64,000 nt of DNA from the NCBI GenBank assembly GCA_900764755.1, contig CAAFPE010000046.1, forward strand, positions 30,964 through 94,963, given 5' to 3'. The notes beneath the pieces were generated by a model. That model ran no database searches and had not been told where the DNA came from. It worked only from the letters and a program-made list of their open reading frames with translations. Of this stretch, positions 27,489 through 36,805 are shown piece by piece; positions within the stretch are counted from its first letter, which is position 1, and each line of letters begins with the position of its first letter. The stretch is from an uncultured Oscillospiraceae bacterium (GTDB lineage: Bacteria; Bacillota; Clostridia; Oscillospirales; Oscillospiraceae). The position numbers and the translations under genes are program-made.

Positions 27489-29225
27489 ATGGCGAAGAAA
27501 GGATTCTTTGGGAGAATTTTCGGGAGTATCTCTGGAAATCCGCCTCTTATGGAAACAGAACAGGAGCAAGTTGAACTGCAGTCTGAAAAGAACATTACGG
27601 AACAGGTGACTGCCACACAGGATCTGCCTGATGCTGCTCGTGACTCAATCAAGGTGCAAGGTGCTTTGCTTGAGCTATGGAATCTCTGGAGCGGAGACGA
27701 TTCTCCGCCGGATATTTCCATACTTGCTGGAAAGAACGCAGAGGATCTTCATGTAGATGAACAGATGCTGGAACGGGAGAAGGTCCGGTTGGCTCTGCAA
27801 TTGGAAAAGGACGCCCAAAAAAGGCTGGAAGCCGTGAAGAAAGCGGAGACCGGCGGGCAGTCTCTTGACGCCTTCTGTCAGATATATCTCTCGAGAAGCA
27901 AGATGCTGGCTTGGAGTTTTATATTCCCTCCGGCTGGTCCGGATGGGAAGATGTGCGGGGAATCTGTGGGAAAAGCACTTGCACAGAGCGGGGTGACCAC
28001 AGGGATTGACTCCGGGACGATCGTGAGCATTTTCCAGGGGCCTCTGTATTTCAAATTACTGCCCATTGCAATTGGTACACCGGCAATAGAGGGGAAAGAT
28101 GGAACCGTCACAGAGCGCTTTCCCCGAACACTTGCCAAAGAGGTGAAGGTGGATGAGAACGGTGTGGCAGATTACCGCGCCGGGAGTTATGTGCAGCTGA
28201 TTGAGAAAGATACGGTCATCTGCGATGTGGAGCCACCGCAGCCTGGCACAGCTGGAGTTCGGGTGGATGGGAAAATCATTGAGCCGAAGCCGGTAAGTCC
28301 GGCCCGAATTCCAGCTGGGGCGAATACTGTGCTCTCAGAGGATGGAAAAAAGTTGGTTGCGGCCCGTGAGGGGCATTTGGAATTTGCAAACGGGGCATTC
28401 CAGGTCCGTGCCCTGCTGGAGATCAAGGGAGATGTAGATTATTCCACAGGAAATATTGATTTTCCAGGTAATGTCCATGTTTGCGGTGACATCCGGGAAA
28501 ATTTTACGGTGCGCTCCAGCGGTTCTATCGCCGTGGATGGAATCGTGGAGGCTGCCACTGTGGAAGCAGGAGGCGACATTGTCATTACCAGAGGTGTGGT
28601 GGGTGATAACCGGGCGCTTCTGAGGAGCCATGGGACCGTGCGTGTCAAATATCTGGAGAATTGTGTGGTGTATGCAGCGAAGGGCGTCTATGCCGACTGT
28701 ATCATGAACTCTCAGATTTTCAGTGATGATGTGATCAGCGTTTTGAGCGGAAGAGGAAGTGTGATCGGAGGAGCCTTAACAGCGGCTCATTTGATCCGAG
28801 CTCGCATGATTGGTGCGCAGTCCGGGCGTCGAACAGAGCTGACACTTGGCATTCTGCCATACGTACAAAGTGAGCTGCAGAACATGAAAGAGGATATGAG
28901 AGTTCTGGAGCATGAACGTGAGCAGCTGGACAAGGAACTTTCTTATCTGGAGAGCAAGCAGGGGCTGGAGGGCAGCAGTGGAAAGCTGGCAAAGGCACGC
29001 ATACGCAGGTCTGTACTGGGGATCAAGGAGCAGCAGCTGAAAAAGCATAAGGAACAGCTTGCACCTATGGAGGTCGATATTGCGAAATGCTGTATGGAGT
29101 GCGATATGGCCTATCCGGGAACCAGTCTGAAGGTGGGAACCTTGGGCTGGACTGCCAAGCAGATCAGAAGGCATTGCAAGGTAGTATATGATGTCAAAAC
29201 AGGAGAATTGAAAGAAATTAACTGA
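27489..29225 (+). CDS. FapA/DUF342-family protein (flagellar assembly protein A-like)
   Basis: Central beta-helix-like repeats (GNVHVCGDI...GSIAVDGIVEAATVEAGGDIVITRGVVGDN...) and a C-terminal coiled coil. The architecture is typical of DUF342 proteins found in che/fla loci. Confidence 0.6.
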   Translation: MAKKGFFGRIFGSISGNPPLMETEQEQVELQSEKNITEQVTATQDLPDAARDSIKVQGALLELWNLWSGDDSPPDISILAGKNAEDLHVDEQMLEREKVRLALQLEKDAQKRLEAVKKAETGGQSLDAFCQIYLSRSKMLAWSFIFPPAGPDGKMCGESVGKALAQSGVTTGIDSGTIVSIFQGPLYFKLLPIAIGTPAIEGKDGTVTERFPRTLAKEVKVDENGVADYRAGSYVQLIEKDTVICDVEPPQPGTAGVRVDGKIIEPKPVSPARIPAGANTVLSEDGKKLVAAREGHLEFANGAFQVRALLEIKGDVDYSTGNIDFPGNVHVCGDIRENFTVRSSGSIAVDGIVEAATVEAGGDIVITRGVVGDNRALLRSHGTVRVKYLENCVVYAAKGVYADCIMNSQIFSDDVISVLSGRGSVIGGALTAAHLIRARMIGAQSGRRTELTLGILPYVQSELQNMKEDMRVLEHEREQLDKELSYLESKQGLEGSSGKLAKARIRRSVLGIKEQQLKKHKEQLAPMEVDIAKCCMECDMAYPGTSLKVGTLGWTAKQIRRHCKVVYDVKTGELKEIN

Positions 29226-29263
29226 TAGCCGAACAGAATCCAGTAGAAGGGGGGCAAAACGCA

Positions 29264-29770
29264 TTGGTGACGATCTGCAGCGACGAATGGGTGAAAAAAA
29301 TGGCCGAAGCGCTGGTCTGCGAGATTTTAGAAGTCATGTCTGACATTCATCTGCGGCTTGCCCAGAGGCAGGAAGAAGTGGACAGTCGGAAGTTGGAGGC
29401 AATCTACGGCTTCGTGGAAGGTGAATACCAGATCGAACTGAGATTTTTAGCAGAACCAAGATTCTTTTTCAGACTGGCGCAGAATATGGCTGGTTCTCAG
29501 TTGAGCAGCGAAGAAATCCAGGAATATGCAATGGAATTTTTTAACGTGTTGTGCGGCAGGTTTCTTTCTGAACTGTATAAGGCGGCGAATACTGCTGCCA
29601 AGTTCTATCCTACGAAATATGAACTATACCCTGACTTGATGTGCCTTAAAGATCAGGTCATGTTGAGTACCCTGTATTTTATCAGTGATGAGCAGGAGCT
29701 GGCCGCATTTTCCTGGTCAGCCAAACCAATTATTGATCTGCTGAGGAGGAGCATGAATGTTGAAGCGTAG
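29264..29770 (+). CDS. CheX/CheC-like chemotaxis phosphatase family protein
   Basis: Contains the E-x2-N-x22-P signature of the CheC/CheX/FliY family (EFFNVLCGRFLSELYKAANTAAKFYP). TTG start 8 nt after GAAGGGGGG. Its stop overlaps the following cheY-like gene. Confidence 0.5.
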   Translation: MVTICSDEWVKKMAEALVCEILEVMSDIHLRLAQRQEEVDSRKLEAIYGFVEGEYQIELRFLAEPRFFFRLAQNMAGSQLSSEEIQEYAMEFFNVLCGRFLSELYKAANTAAKFYPTKYELYPDLMCLKDQVMLSTLYFISDEQELAAFSWSAKPIIDLLRRSMNVEA

Positions 29771-30140
29771 AATCATGGTTGTGGACGATTCCCGTGTCGT
29801 ATATGCAGAAATGCGGAAGATGCTGGAGGGCAGCGAAATAGAGATTGCAGCTTTCTGTCGGAGCGGAGAGGAAGCATTGGAGCAGTATGAAGCGGTTAAA
29901 CCGGAATTAGTGACACTTGATATTGTGATGCCCGGCATGGATGGTTTGGAGACCTGTGAGAGGCTGAAAAAGAGTCATCCTGATGCAGCGATTTTTATGG
30001 TGTCTTCCATGGCCTACGATGATATTATCGACCAGTCAGTCTCTATGGGGGCGAAAGGATTTTTGTTTAAGCCGTTTACCAAGGAAACACTTTTAGAGGG
30101 GCTGCGAGGAGCGTTTAAAGCAATCGACGGTGCGGAGTAA
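29757..30140 (+). CDS. CheY-like single-domain response regulator
   Basis: RIMVVDDSRVVYAEMRKML, the LDIVMPGMDG phosphorylation-site region and KGFLFKPF. GAGGAGGAG RBS. Confidence 0.85.
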   Translation: MLKRRIMVVDDSRVVYAEMRKMLEGSEIEIAAFCRSGEEALEQYEAVKPELVTLDIVMPGMDGLETCERLKKSHPDAAIFMVSSMAYDDIIDQSVSMGAKGFLFKPFTKETLLEGLRGAFKAIDGAE

Positions 30141-30184
30141 TGCAGGTTTTGTCCTGGCTTGACAGGGAAGGGAGTTATAACGGT

Positions 30185-32032
30185 ATGGCGGAGAGAAAGT
30201 CACAGGAAAACGATTTGATCTTTGCGTTGGACATCGGCACACGAAGTGTTGTCGGCGTTGTTGGGAGGGCGGTTGAGGACCGGTTTAAAGTCCTTACGGT
30301 CGAAGCTGAGGAGCACAAAAAACGCGCAATGCTGGATGGGCAGATCGACAATATACAGCAGGTGGCTGCTTTGGTCCAAGCCGTAACGGAACGCCTGGAA
30401 CGAAAAGTGGATGTCAGGCTGGAGCGGGTTTGTGTAGCGGCTGCGGGCCGGGCGCTGCGGACGCAGGCCGGAAGCTTTGCGCTTGAACTGAATCTGGAGC
30501 AGACGATCAGCGAAGAGCAGATTAGCCAGTTGGAAGCCGGTGCAGTGTCTGCTGCTGAAGATGCGATGCAGATGGACGAGGAGAGCCGCCAACAGTTTTT
30601 CCTTGTGGGATATACAGTTGCGCAGTACCGACTGGACCACTATCCACTCTCTACCCTGATGGGCCATAAAGGCAGGCTGGTCGAGGCGGATGTGGTAGCC
30701 ACTTTTTTGCCTTGCGAGGTGGTGGAAAGCCTGTACTCAGCCATGCGTGCGGCCGGTCTTCAAGTGGCAAATATGACATTGGAACCGATTGCCGCCATGA
30801 ATGCAGCAATTCCGGCGGAGCTCCGCCTGTTGAATCTGGCGTTGGTTGATATAGGCGCCGGAACCACTGACATTGCCATCTGCCGAGATGGCAGTGTGGT
30901 CGGTTATACGATGGTGACGATGGCAGGTGATGAGATCACAGAAACACTTATGCGGGCATTTTTGGTAGACTTCAAAACAGCAGAGGACCTCAAACGCGGT
31001 ATTCAGAACGGTGGGGACCTGCGATATACGGACATCTTGGGCATCGAAACGACAAAAACTCATGAGGAAATATGTGCTGTGATCGACGAACCAATGCAGC
31101 GTCTCGCAGAGGCGATCTCTGAGCAGGTGTCTATGGTGAATGGCGGTGCGCCGTCTGCACTTTTTCTTGCTGGCGGTGGAAGTAAACTGCTGGGGCTTCG
31201 TGAGAAAATTGCCGGCTGCCTTGATATGGATGAGAAACGCGTAGCGATCGCCGGGAATAACTATGCTAAGAGTGCTTTTTCCGATGATCTGAAGATTGAG
31301 AATCCTGAATATGCTACACCGCTTGGTATTGCGATCTCCGCTGGTCTGGGCCTTCTGAATGACAGCTACATGGTGACACTCAATGGTAAGACAGCAAAGC
31401 TGTTCCGGAGTGGGACGCTGACCCTGCGGGACATCCTTTTGATGAACGGATATACCTATGGAGATATGCTGGGGAAGTCCGGAAAGAGTCTGAGCGTTGT
31501 CCTGGATGGCAAGCACATGGTTTGGCGCGGCGAGCCCTTTGTCCCTGCGGTATTGTCGATCAATGGAGCAGAAGCGGCGATCACCACAGTGGTTCATGCC
31601 GGCGATCAGATCAGTTTTATTCCAGCGAGACCAGGTGCCGATGCAGAAAAGACACTGGCAGATGTATTGGGGCGTGATTTTTCAGGTCAGGTGCTGGTGA
31701 ATAACCAAAAAGCTGAACTGGATACACCGCTGCGGTCGGGCGATGTCATTTTGACTTTGAAACGGGAACCAACAGAGAAACTCCAGGAGAAGCAGACATC
31801 TGCACCGGTAACGGAACGTGGAAAGTCGATTGCTATTATGTTCAACGGTGAGGAGCTGCATCTGCCAGGTAAGGAAAGCGGACTTCCGTATTATCTGATG
31901 GATCTTCTTCAGTATGCGGACTTGGACTTTGAGAAAATAGAGCATCCTGTGCGCCTTGAGGTTAACGGCGTGGAGAGTGGATTCCGGCAGCTGATTCGTG
32001 ACGGGGATTCTGTTACTATCTGCTGTACTTAG
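30185..32032 (+). CDS. FtsA-like actin-fold ATPase with a C-terminal extension of three ThiS/MoaD-like beta-grasp repeats
   Basis: Phosphate-1 motif (FALDIGTRSVVGVVG), phosphate-2 motif (LALVDIGAGTTDIAI, FtsA-type DIGxGTTD) and adenosine motif (LFLAGGGSKLLGL). The C-terminal ~210 aa holds three (I/V)NG...GD.(I/V) units (VLSINGAEAAITTVVHAGDQISFIP; VLVNNQKAELDTPLRSGDVILTLK; LEVNGVESGFRQLIRDGDSVTICCT). An alternative ATG at 30140 overlaps the cheY-like stop. Confidence 0.6.
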   Translation: MAERKSQENDLIFALDIGTRSVVGVVGRAVEDRFKVLTVEAEEHKKRAMLDGQIDNIQQVAALVQAVTERLERKVDVRLERVCVAAAGRALRTQAGSFALELNLEQTISEEQISQLEAGAVSAAEDAMQMDEESRQQFFLVGYTVAQYRLDHYPLSTLMGHKGRLVEADVVATFLPCEVVESLYSAMRAAGLQVANMTLEPIAAMNAAIPAELRLLNLALVDIGAGTTDIAICRDGSVVGYTMVTMAGDEITETLMRAFLVDFKTAEDLKRGIQNGGDLRYTDILGIETTKTHEEICAVIDEPMQRLAEAISEQVSMVNGGAPSALFLAGGGSKLLGLREKIAGCLDMDEKRVAIAGNNYAKSAFSDDLKIENPEYATPLGIAISAGLGLLNDSYMVTLNGKTAKLFRSGTLTLRDILLMNGYTYGDMLGKSGKSLSVVLDGKHMVWRGEPFVPAVLSINGAEAAITTVVHAGDQISFIPARPGADAEKTLADVLGRDFSGQVLVNNQKAELDTPLRSGDVILTLKREPTEKLQEKQTSAPVTERGKSIAIMFNGEELHLPGKESGLPYYLMDLLQYADLDFEKIEHPVRLEVNGVESGFRQLIRDGDSVTICCT

Positions 32033-32097
32033 AAAGAACTGGGGCTGTTTCGCCATGGCTGTGAAGCAGAGAACCATGGTAAGCGGAGGGAGACCTT

Positions 32098-32910
32098 TTG
32101 AAACGTAAAAAGTTGATTGTAATTCTTGCGGCGGTCGCTTTGATTGGAGCAGCTTGCGCAGCCGTATTTTTTTTGAAAGGCCGGGGCGATGGTGAAGAGA
32201 GCAGAAAAGAAATTGCTCCCCCGATGAGCTACCGCATTGGTGGTGTTGATGTTGCTGCACTTCCCGTTTTGAATGAGAAAATTTCTGTTTATCGGGAAAA
32301 GGTGAGACAAGAAGCAGAGCGTGTCGAAGAGACTGGGGAGGATTCAGGCGCGAGCGATGCGGTTGTATATTACTATGAGGGCCTTGAAGCACCTGGGTCT
32401 CTTGTTGCCGCATATACAGCGCTGATGGATACGGCGGATACAGGTTTTTGCATCGTGGATGACACGCTTGCAAAAACGGCCCCACCAGACTATGAAGTTG
32501 AGGAGGGCTCAGTTCATCTTGCTCGAGATGGAGCGGAGGAGGGCAGGGTGATGTCCATCCAGATGACGTGGTCGAAAGAGGGATGCACTGTGACAGCAGG
32601 AACATTGCCGGGCGAGATCGCGGAACCGCCGGCTCCGGAGGCAATGACTATTTCGGAGGTAGCAGACTATGTGCGCTCGATCCCCCCAACCACGCTTGGC
32701 CTGGAGGGAGCGTCTATGAAGGAATATAATATCTATGTCATAGACGGAACTGTTCTGGTAGATGGCATCCCCTGTATCCGCTTGAATGTGTGCCGCGATG
32801 ACGGTGAGGCAGCCACGAATGAGGTTGCGGGAAACTACTTCATTTCCGCGGATAAGGAGCATATTTATAGGTTGGACGTGGAAACGGGAATCGCTGAGGA
32901 AGTGGGCTGA
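32098..32910 (+). CDS. hypothetical N-terminally anchored secreted or membrane protein
   Basis: TTG start after a GGAGGGAG RBS. N-terminal KRKK plus hydrophobic helix. No recognisable domain. Confidence 0.45.
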   Translation: MKRKKLIVILAAVALIGAACAAVFFLKGRGDGEESRKEIAPPMSYRIGGVDVAALPVLNEKISVYREKVRQEAERVEETGEDSGASDAVVYYYEGLEAPGSLVAAYTALMDTADTGFCIVDDTLAKTAPPDYEVEEGSVHLARDGAEEGRVMSIQMTWSKEGCTVTAGTLPGEIAEPPAPEAMTISEVADYVRSIPPTTLGLEGASMKEYNIYVIDGTVLVDGIPCIRLNVCRDDGEAATNEVAGNYFISADKEHIYRLDVETGIAEEVG

Positions 32911-34295
32911 TCAGGGGCCAATTTGAGGCTGCCAGGTATACCAGAGAGCCTGAGAAAGTGATGAATGGCAGGTAACCGCGCTGCCTGAGAAAAGGCAGGG
33001 GTCAGGATACCTTCCAGTACACTGACGGCGGAGCGGGCCGAGAGTGCATTTTTACACATGGAGGACACGGCTTGAATGGTGGATGGATCTACACGAGTGA
33101 TTTGCAGTCCATATTCACGGCCAAGTGCCATGATTTGCTTCGCAATTACAGCGAAACTGGCTGATTCATTTAACGCTTGAAATCCAATAAAGCTGCTGAA
33201 ACGGCCAGCGATCTCCGCAAGTACGCCGTGGCGTATCATGGCTCGCCTGGCCGATTCATTGGAAAGGAACAGCTGCTCCGACAGCTCTGCTGGCGTGGCA
33301 GCTGTTTTATATTGTGAACCAGCTGTCTCCTGATGACAGGAAAATCCCATTGGACGCATACCGGATGAAGTTAGATCAGCGTTTGTGGTAAAAATAAACA
33401 CGCACTTCCGAAAGTCCAGCTCACGCCCTCCTGTGGCATCCGGGCGATGGGCTGTACAGCGGCCCTCATCCAGGATAGACATAAATACTTTCAAGACCTC
33501 TGGGTGTGCTTTTTCTAATTCATCGAACATGAACACTGTATATGGTGCTTCCCGCACCGCTTCAAAGATGGCTTGGTCCTCATAACCGACGTAACCAGGA
33601 GGCGCACCAGTCAGACGGTGTACAGAGTGAGGCTGAGTAAAGGTGTTCAGGTCTGTCCAGATAAATTGATAGTGTTTGTTGCAGCAGTGCTCCAGTGCGG
33701 GGACCAGTGCTTTCCCAAGTTCTGACTTTCCAACTCCGGTGGGGCCGTAAAAAACCAAGGAGAGCGGCCTGGCTGGCTCCCGCTTTTCCAGATGACTATA
33801 TAGGCGGAATGCTGTAGCTGCTACGGCCTGCTCCTGCCCAAGGACCACCTGTCGCAGCGCATCAGCCAGACGAAGATAAAGCGGAGGCCACACGTCGCAA
33901 GACTGAACCGCCTCACGGAGAGGAGCAGCGGATTCTGTGCGGCAGGGGGGCGGGACATCTTCCACCGCAATTCGGTTCATTTCCCAAACCAAAGAGCGCA
34001 GGCGGTCAGACATGGCGGTAAAAGACGGAAAACGCCAGATATTACGCTGGAACAGGGAAAACAGGACACGGCTGGGACCATGGTAATCTACTGCTGGCCG
34101 CCAATACAGAAGATAGGACCCATCCCGCTGGCGGGAAAAGCCTACAAGGGCAGAACTTGGATGACAGCCGGGTGGCATGGAGCATTCTGCATACTCATAG
34201 CTTCTCTCCCGACGGGCGCAGAAATCAATATGTTGCTGCAGTATGGCCCAGTCGGGTTCGGGTGCGCTGCAGATTTTACTGAAATTTACAGACAT
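32865..34295 (-). CDS. AAA+ ATPase with a Clp/Hsp100 D2-type (AAA_2) module and a unique Cys-containing N-terminal domain
   Basis: LGQEQAV...FYGPTGVGKSELGKAL (Walker A), FDELEKAHPEVLKVFMSILDEG (Walker B / sensor). GGAGG RBS. The 3' end overlaps the convergent 32098..32910 gene by 46 nt. Confidence 0.7.
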   Translation of the reverse strand: MSVNFSKICSAPEPDWAILQQHIDFCARRERSYEYAECSMPPGCHPSSALVGFSRQRDGSYLLYWRPAVDYHGPSRVLFSLFQRNIWRFPSFTAMSDRLRSLVWEMNRIAVEDVPPPCRTESAAPLREAVQSCDVWPPLYLRLADALRQVVLGQEQAVAATAFRLYSHLEKREPARPLSLVFYGPTGVGKSELGKALVPALEHCCNKHYQFIWTDLNTFTQPHSVHRLTGAPPGYVGYEDQAIFEAVREAPYTVFMFDELEKAHPEVLKVFMSILDEGRCTAHRPDATGGRELDFRKCVFIFTTNADLTSSGMRPMGFSCHQETAGSQYKTAATPAELSEQLFLSNESARRAMIRHGVLAEIAGRFSSFIGFQALNESASFAVIAKQIMALGREYGLQITRVDPSTIQAVSSMCKNALSARSAVSVLEGILTPAFSQAARLPAIHHFLRLSGIPGSLKLAPDQPTSSAIPVSTSNL

Positions 34296-34537
34296 AGAGA
34301 CCTCCGTTCCACATATCGGAAAATGGGTGGATCAACTGCGCCAGGGCTTGGTGCGATGTGTTAGTGAGAAATATTCCACCTATTCCTAGTCTTTCCAGAA
34401 TTGAAGGAAAATAAAATCTTTCTCTGCCTTCCAGAGAAAGAAGCGCCATATTATAGAGCAGCAGAAGCGTTCCCACTTCGAATGGTTCTAAATGAATGGG
34501 GAAGTTTTCCATTCTGCTTATTTTTTGGAGGAAATTC

Positions 34538-34545
34538 GCCGATAT
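34538..34545 (+). promoter_or_regulatory. exact sigD/sigma-28-type -10 element GCCGATAT about 95 nt upstream of the PilZ (MotI-like) gene
   Basis: GCCGATAT lies in a 345-bp divergent intergenic region. The upstream -35 is T-rich (CTTATTTTTT) rather than a canonical TAAA. B. subtilis motI is sigD-dependent, which is consistent. Confidence 0.35.
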
Positions 34546-34640
34546 ATAAATTATATACCGTGTCTTTCAACTGCAGGCCACGGATGGTGGTCAGACTCTG
34601 CATGACACCTGCGGTTTTATGCGGCAGATGTTAATTTTAT

Positions 34641-35291
34641 ATGGAAAGGGGATGGAAGCCTTTTATGGGGCAGTTGTTCCAATATTGTAAGAAAGCGGAG
34701 CTTCCCGGTCTCTGTGGAGGGGCCCCAGTTAAGGTAGAGGTGACAGTCGGACTGAAGGAAGGCCTGCTTCTGGAGGTGCCCTATGAGTTCAATTATCCGG
34801 TCAGGACTCCGATAGAGGTTGACTTTTTGGATCCAATCATGGGTACGGTTACCTGCCTGGTGGAGCTTCATTCTCCATTGGTCACAAAGGGAAGGATCAT
34901 GCGCTCCTATCGTTGCAATATTCTGCGCCGGATTCAACAGCAGCAGCGGCGTGAGGATGTGAAAGTGCCAGTATCCAATGTAGTTTTCGTTAAACTGAAT
35001 GATGAGGAAAATGAAACGGAGGCCACGCTGCGCAATATCAGCGCAGGAGGTGTCCTCCTTGAGACCAGACTGCGTGCGCTGCCTGGCGAATATCTGAATT
35101 TTACTTTCCAGTGTGACGGCCTGGAGATCCCGCTTACTGCGGAGGTTTTGCGGGTAGAGCCACAGAAAGACAAGCAGGGCAAGCCACTGTTTGGCTATGG
35201 GTGCCGTTTTATACAGCTTTCCAGTGTGCATGAATCTGCGTTAAGGAGCTATGTGTTCCGGATAGAGCGCATGATCTACGGCAGGAAATAG
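34641..35291 (+). CDS. PilZ-domain c-di-GMP receptor, YcgR/MotI(DgrA)-like flagellar brake candidate
   Basis: 216 aa (B. subtilis MotI is 217 aa). RxxxR motif (RRIQQQQRR) and D/NxSxGG motif (LRNISAGGVLLE). Confidence 0.7.
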   Translation: MERGWKPFMGQLFQYCKKAELPGLCGGAPVKVEVTVGLKEGLLLEVPYEFNYPVRTPIEVDFLDPIMGTVTCLVELHSPLVTKGRIMRSYRCNILRRIQQQQRREDVKVPVSNVVFVKLNDEENETEATLRNISAGGVLLETRLRALPGEYLNFTFQCDGLEIPLTAEVLRVEPQKDKQGKPLFGYGCRFIQLSSVHESALRSYVFRIERMIYGRK

Positions 35292-35359
35292 TTGTGGGCC
35301 GAATCGTGCCATGATTTTTTCGCCGCCGTTTTCATCAAAATAAAGGAGGTAGCTAAGCT

Positions 35360-35677
35360 ATGTCAAAGATGTGCAAAGGCTGTGGCGCTCAAAATGGAGA
35401 TGAGCGGATCTTTTGTTACTGCTGCGGGGAACCGCTGGATGCAGAGTTGAGATTCAGAATGGCGATGGATCAATATCAGAAGGATCACAAAGACAAAGGA
35501 CAGTCGCCCACGAGTATGAGAGACTCCTCGAACCGGGGCAAGAGACAAGAGATAGACGATGAGGATGAAATGATGCCTATCCGTATGGCCGAACAGAAAA
35601 AGTCTGCCAAGACGCCATGGATCATCCTTGGCCTGCTGATTGCAGCAGCTGCCATATATTTCTTTATCTTCCGTTGA
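35360..35677 (+). CDS. small zinc-ribbon protein with a C-terminal TM anchor
   Basis: CKGCG...CYCCG zinc ribbon and a C-terminal hydrophobic helix. Good AGGAGG RBS. A 43-aa ORF (35677..35808) starts in an overlapping ATGA context, and a 98-aa membrane ORF (35818..36114) follows. Confidence 0.45.
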   Translation: MSKMCKGCGAQNGDERIFCYCCGEPLDAELRFRMAMDQYQKDHKDKGQSPTSMRDSSNRGKRQEIDDEDEMMPIRMAEQKKSAKTPWIILGLLIAAAAIYFFIFR

Positions 35678-36170
35678 TGGAGAGGATGGCCAATAGAGCG
35701 GATGTCCTGATTGAGTGGAGAAAAGATCCTCTGGATATGCTGATTGGATGTCTGGATCGGCAATTTGGTAATAAAACAAGGCAAGAAATCCATTGTGAAG
35801 AGATATAACAAGATCCTGTGTTCCGGCTGATGATGTTCTATCCATGTCTCGTTTTAGTTAAACCAGCAGGAGAAGTAAGGAATTTGGAAGAGTTCCTTGG
35901 TAACAGAATATACAAGACACTGTTTTACTTATCTGGAGATACAGAGACGATTCCCAATGCAGTGCCTGGAGTTTTTAGATCTGCAATTTATTGGTTGCGG
36001 ATCTTTTTATATGTGATTCCTGTTATCCTCTGGTGTCTCCTTGTGCCATACAAAGCGGCTTGGATCGAGATGTCCTGTTTTTACCGTTCAGAATCGTGGA
36101 TTTATTTCGGATAAAATTAGAAGATGAACAGTGACTGGACGAAGAGGGAGGGGGGAGTTGAGCAGAGAAA

Positions 36171-36209
36171 TACCCCGGCAGGTATTATGAAACACAATAC
36201 CTGCCGGGG
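36171..36209 (-). terminator. rho-independent terminator downstream of the hemerythrin gene
   Basis: ACCCCGGCAGGTATT-(9)-AATACCTGCCGGGGT forms a 15-bp stem. A T-rich tract follows on the minus strand. Confidence 0.5.
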
Positions 36210-36255
36210 TTAACGAGGTCAAATTTTTATCAGGTCGAGAGGGATATTGCCGGAA

Positions 36256-36651
36256 TCACACTTTCAGGAAAGCGCCCAGCCGTTTGTCTTCCGTCTTGAT
36301 ATGGCTCACCAGTGTCGCAATGTGGCCATTCAGTGCTCCCACGTCCGCTATGCTGGGCCCAGCAGCAGGAATCTTGCTGGCAATCTCGCGCAGCTTGCGC
36401 TTGTAGTTCTCATGGAACTGCTTATGCGCAGCCATGTTGGGGTAGCCACTCTTGGCCTGGAACTGCTCCTCATGGGCAAAATGCTTATTCACATAGTCCA
36501 GCAGGAATTTGATGGCGGGTTCCATGGCAGCACGGCCCTGGCCCTTCCCGCAGGCATCCATCAAAGTATTAACAGCGCGAAACAGCTCCCGATGTTCTCC
36601 GTCGATAATTGCGTTTCCAGTTTCCAGATCCTTCGTCAGTTCATATTTCAT
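36256..36651 (-). CDS. hemerythrin-like metal-binding protein (bacteriohemerythrin)
   Basis: H...HxxxE...H...HxxxxD iron-ligand pattern (EHRELF, HFAHEEQF, HKQFHENY, HIKTED). AAAGGAAG RBS before the ATG at 36651. Confidence 0.8.
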   Translation of the reverse strand: MKYELTKDLETGNAIIDGEHRELFRAVNTLMDACGKGQGRAAMEPAIKFLLDYVNKHFAHEEQFQAKSGYPNMAAHKQFHENYKRKLREIASKIPAAGPSIADVGALNGHIATLVSHIKTEDKRLGAFLKV

Positions 36652-36805
36652 ATCAGACGCTTCCTTTCTCGCGGCTGTCAATGGGACTTACTATCAACTG
36701 ATGGAAGTCCGTTCCTGCTATCAAGGTGGCTTGAAACCAGGGATATGCCGCAACAGCCTTTACTTTGTTTATCGGACATATTCCACAAAAAATTAAGAGC
36801 CACAG

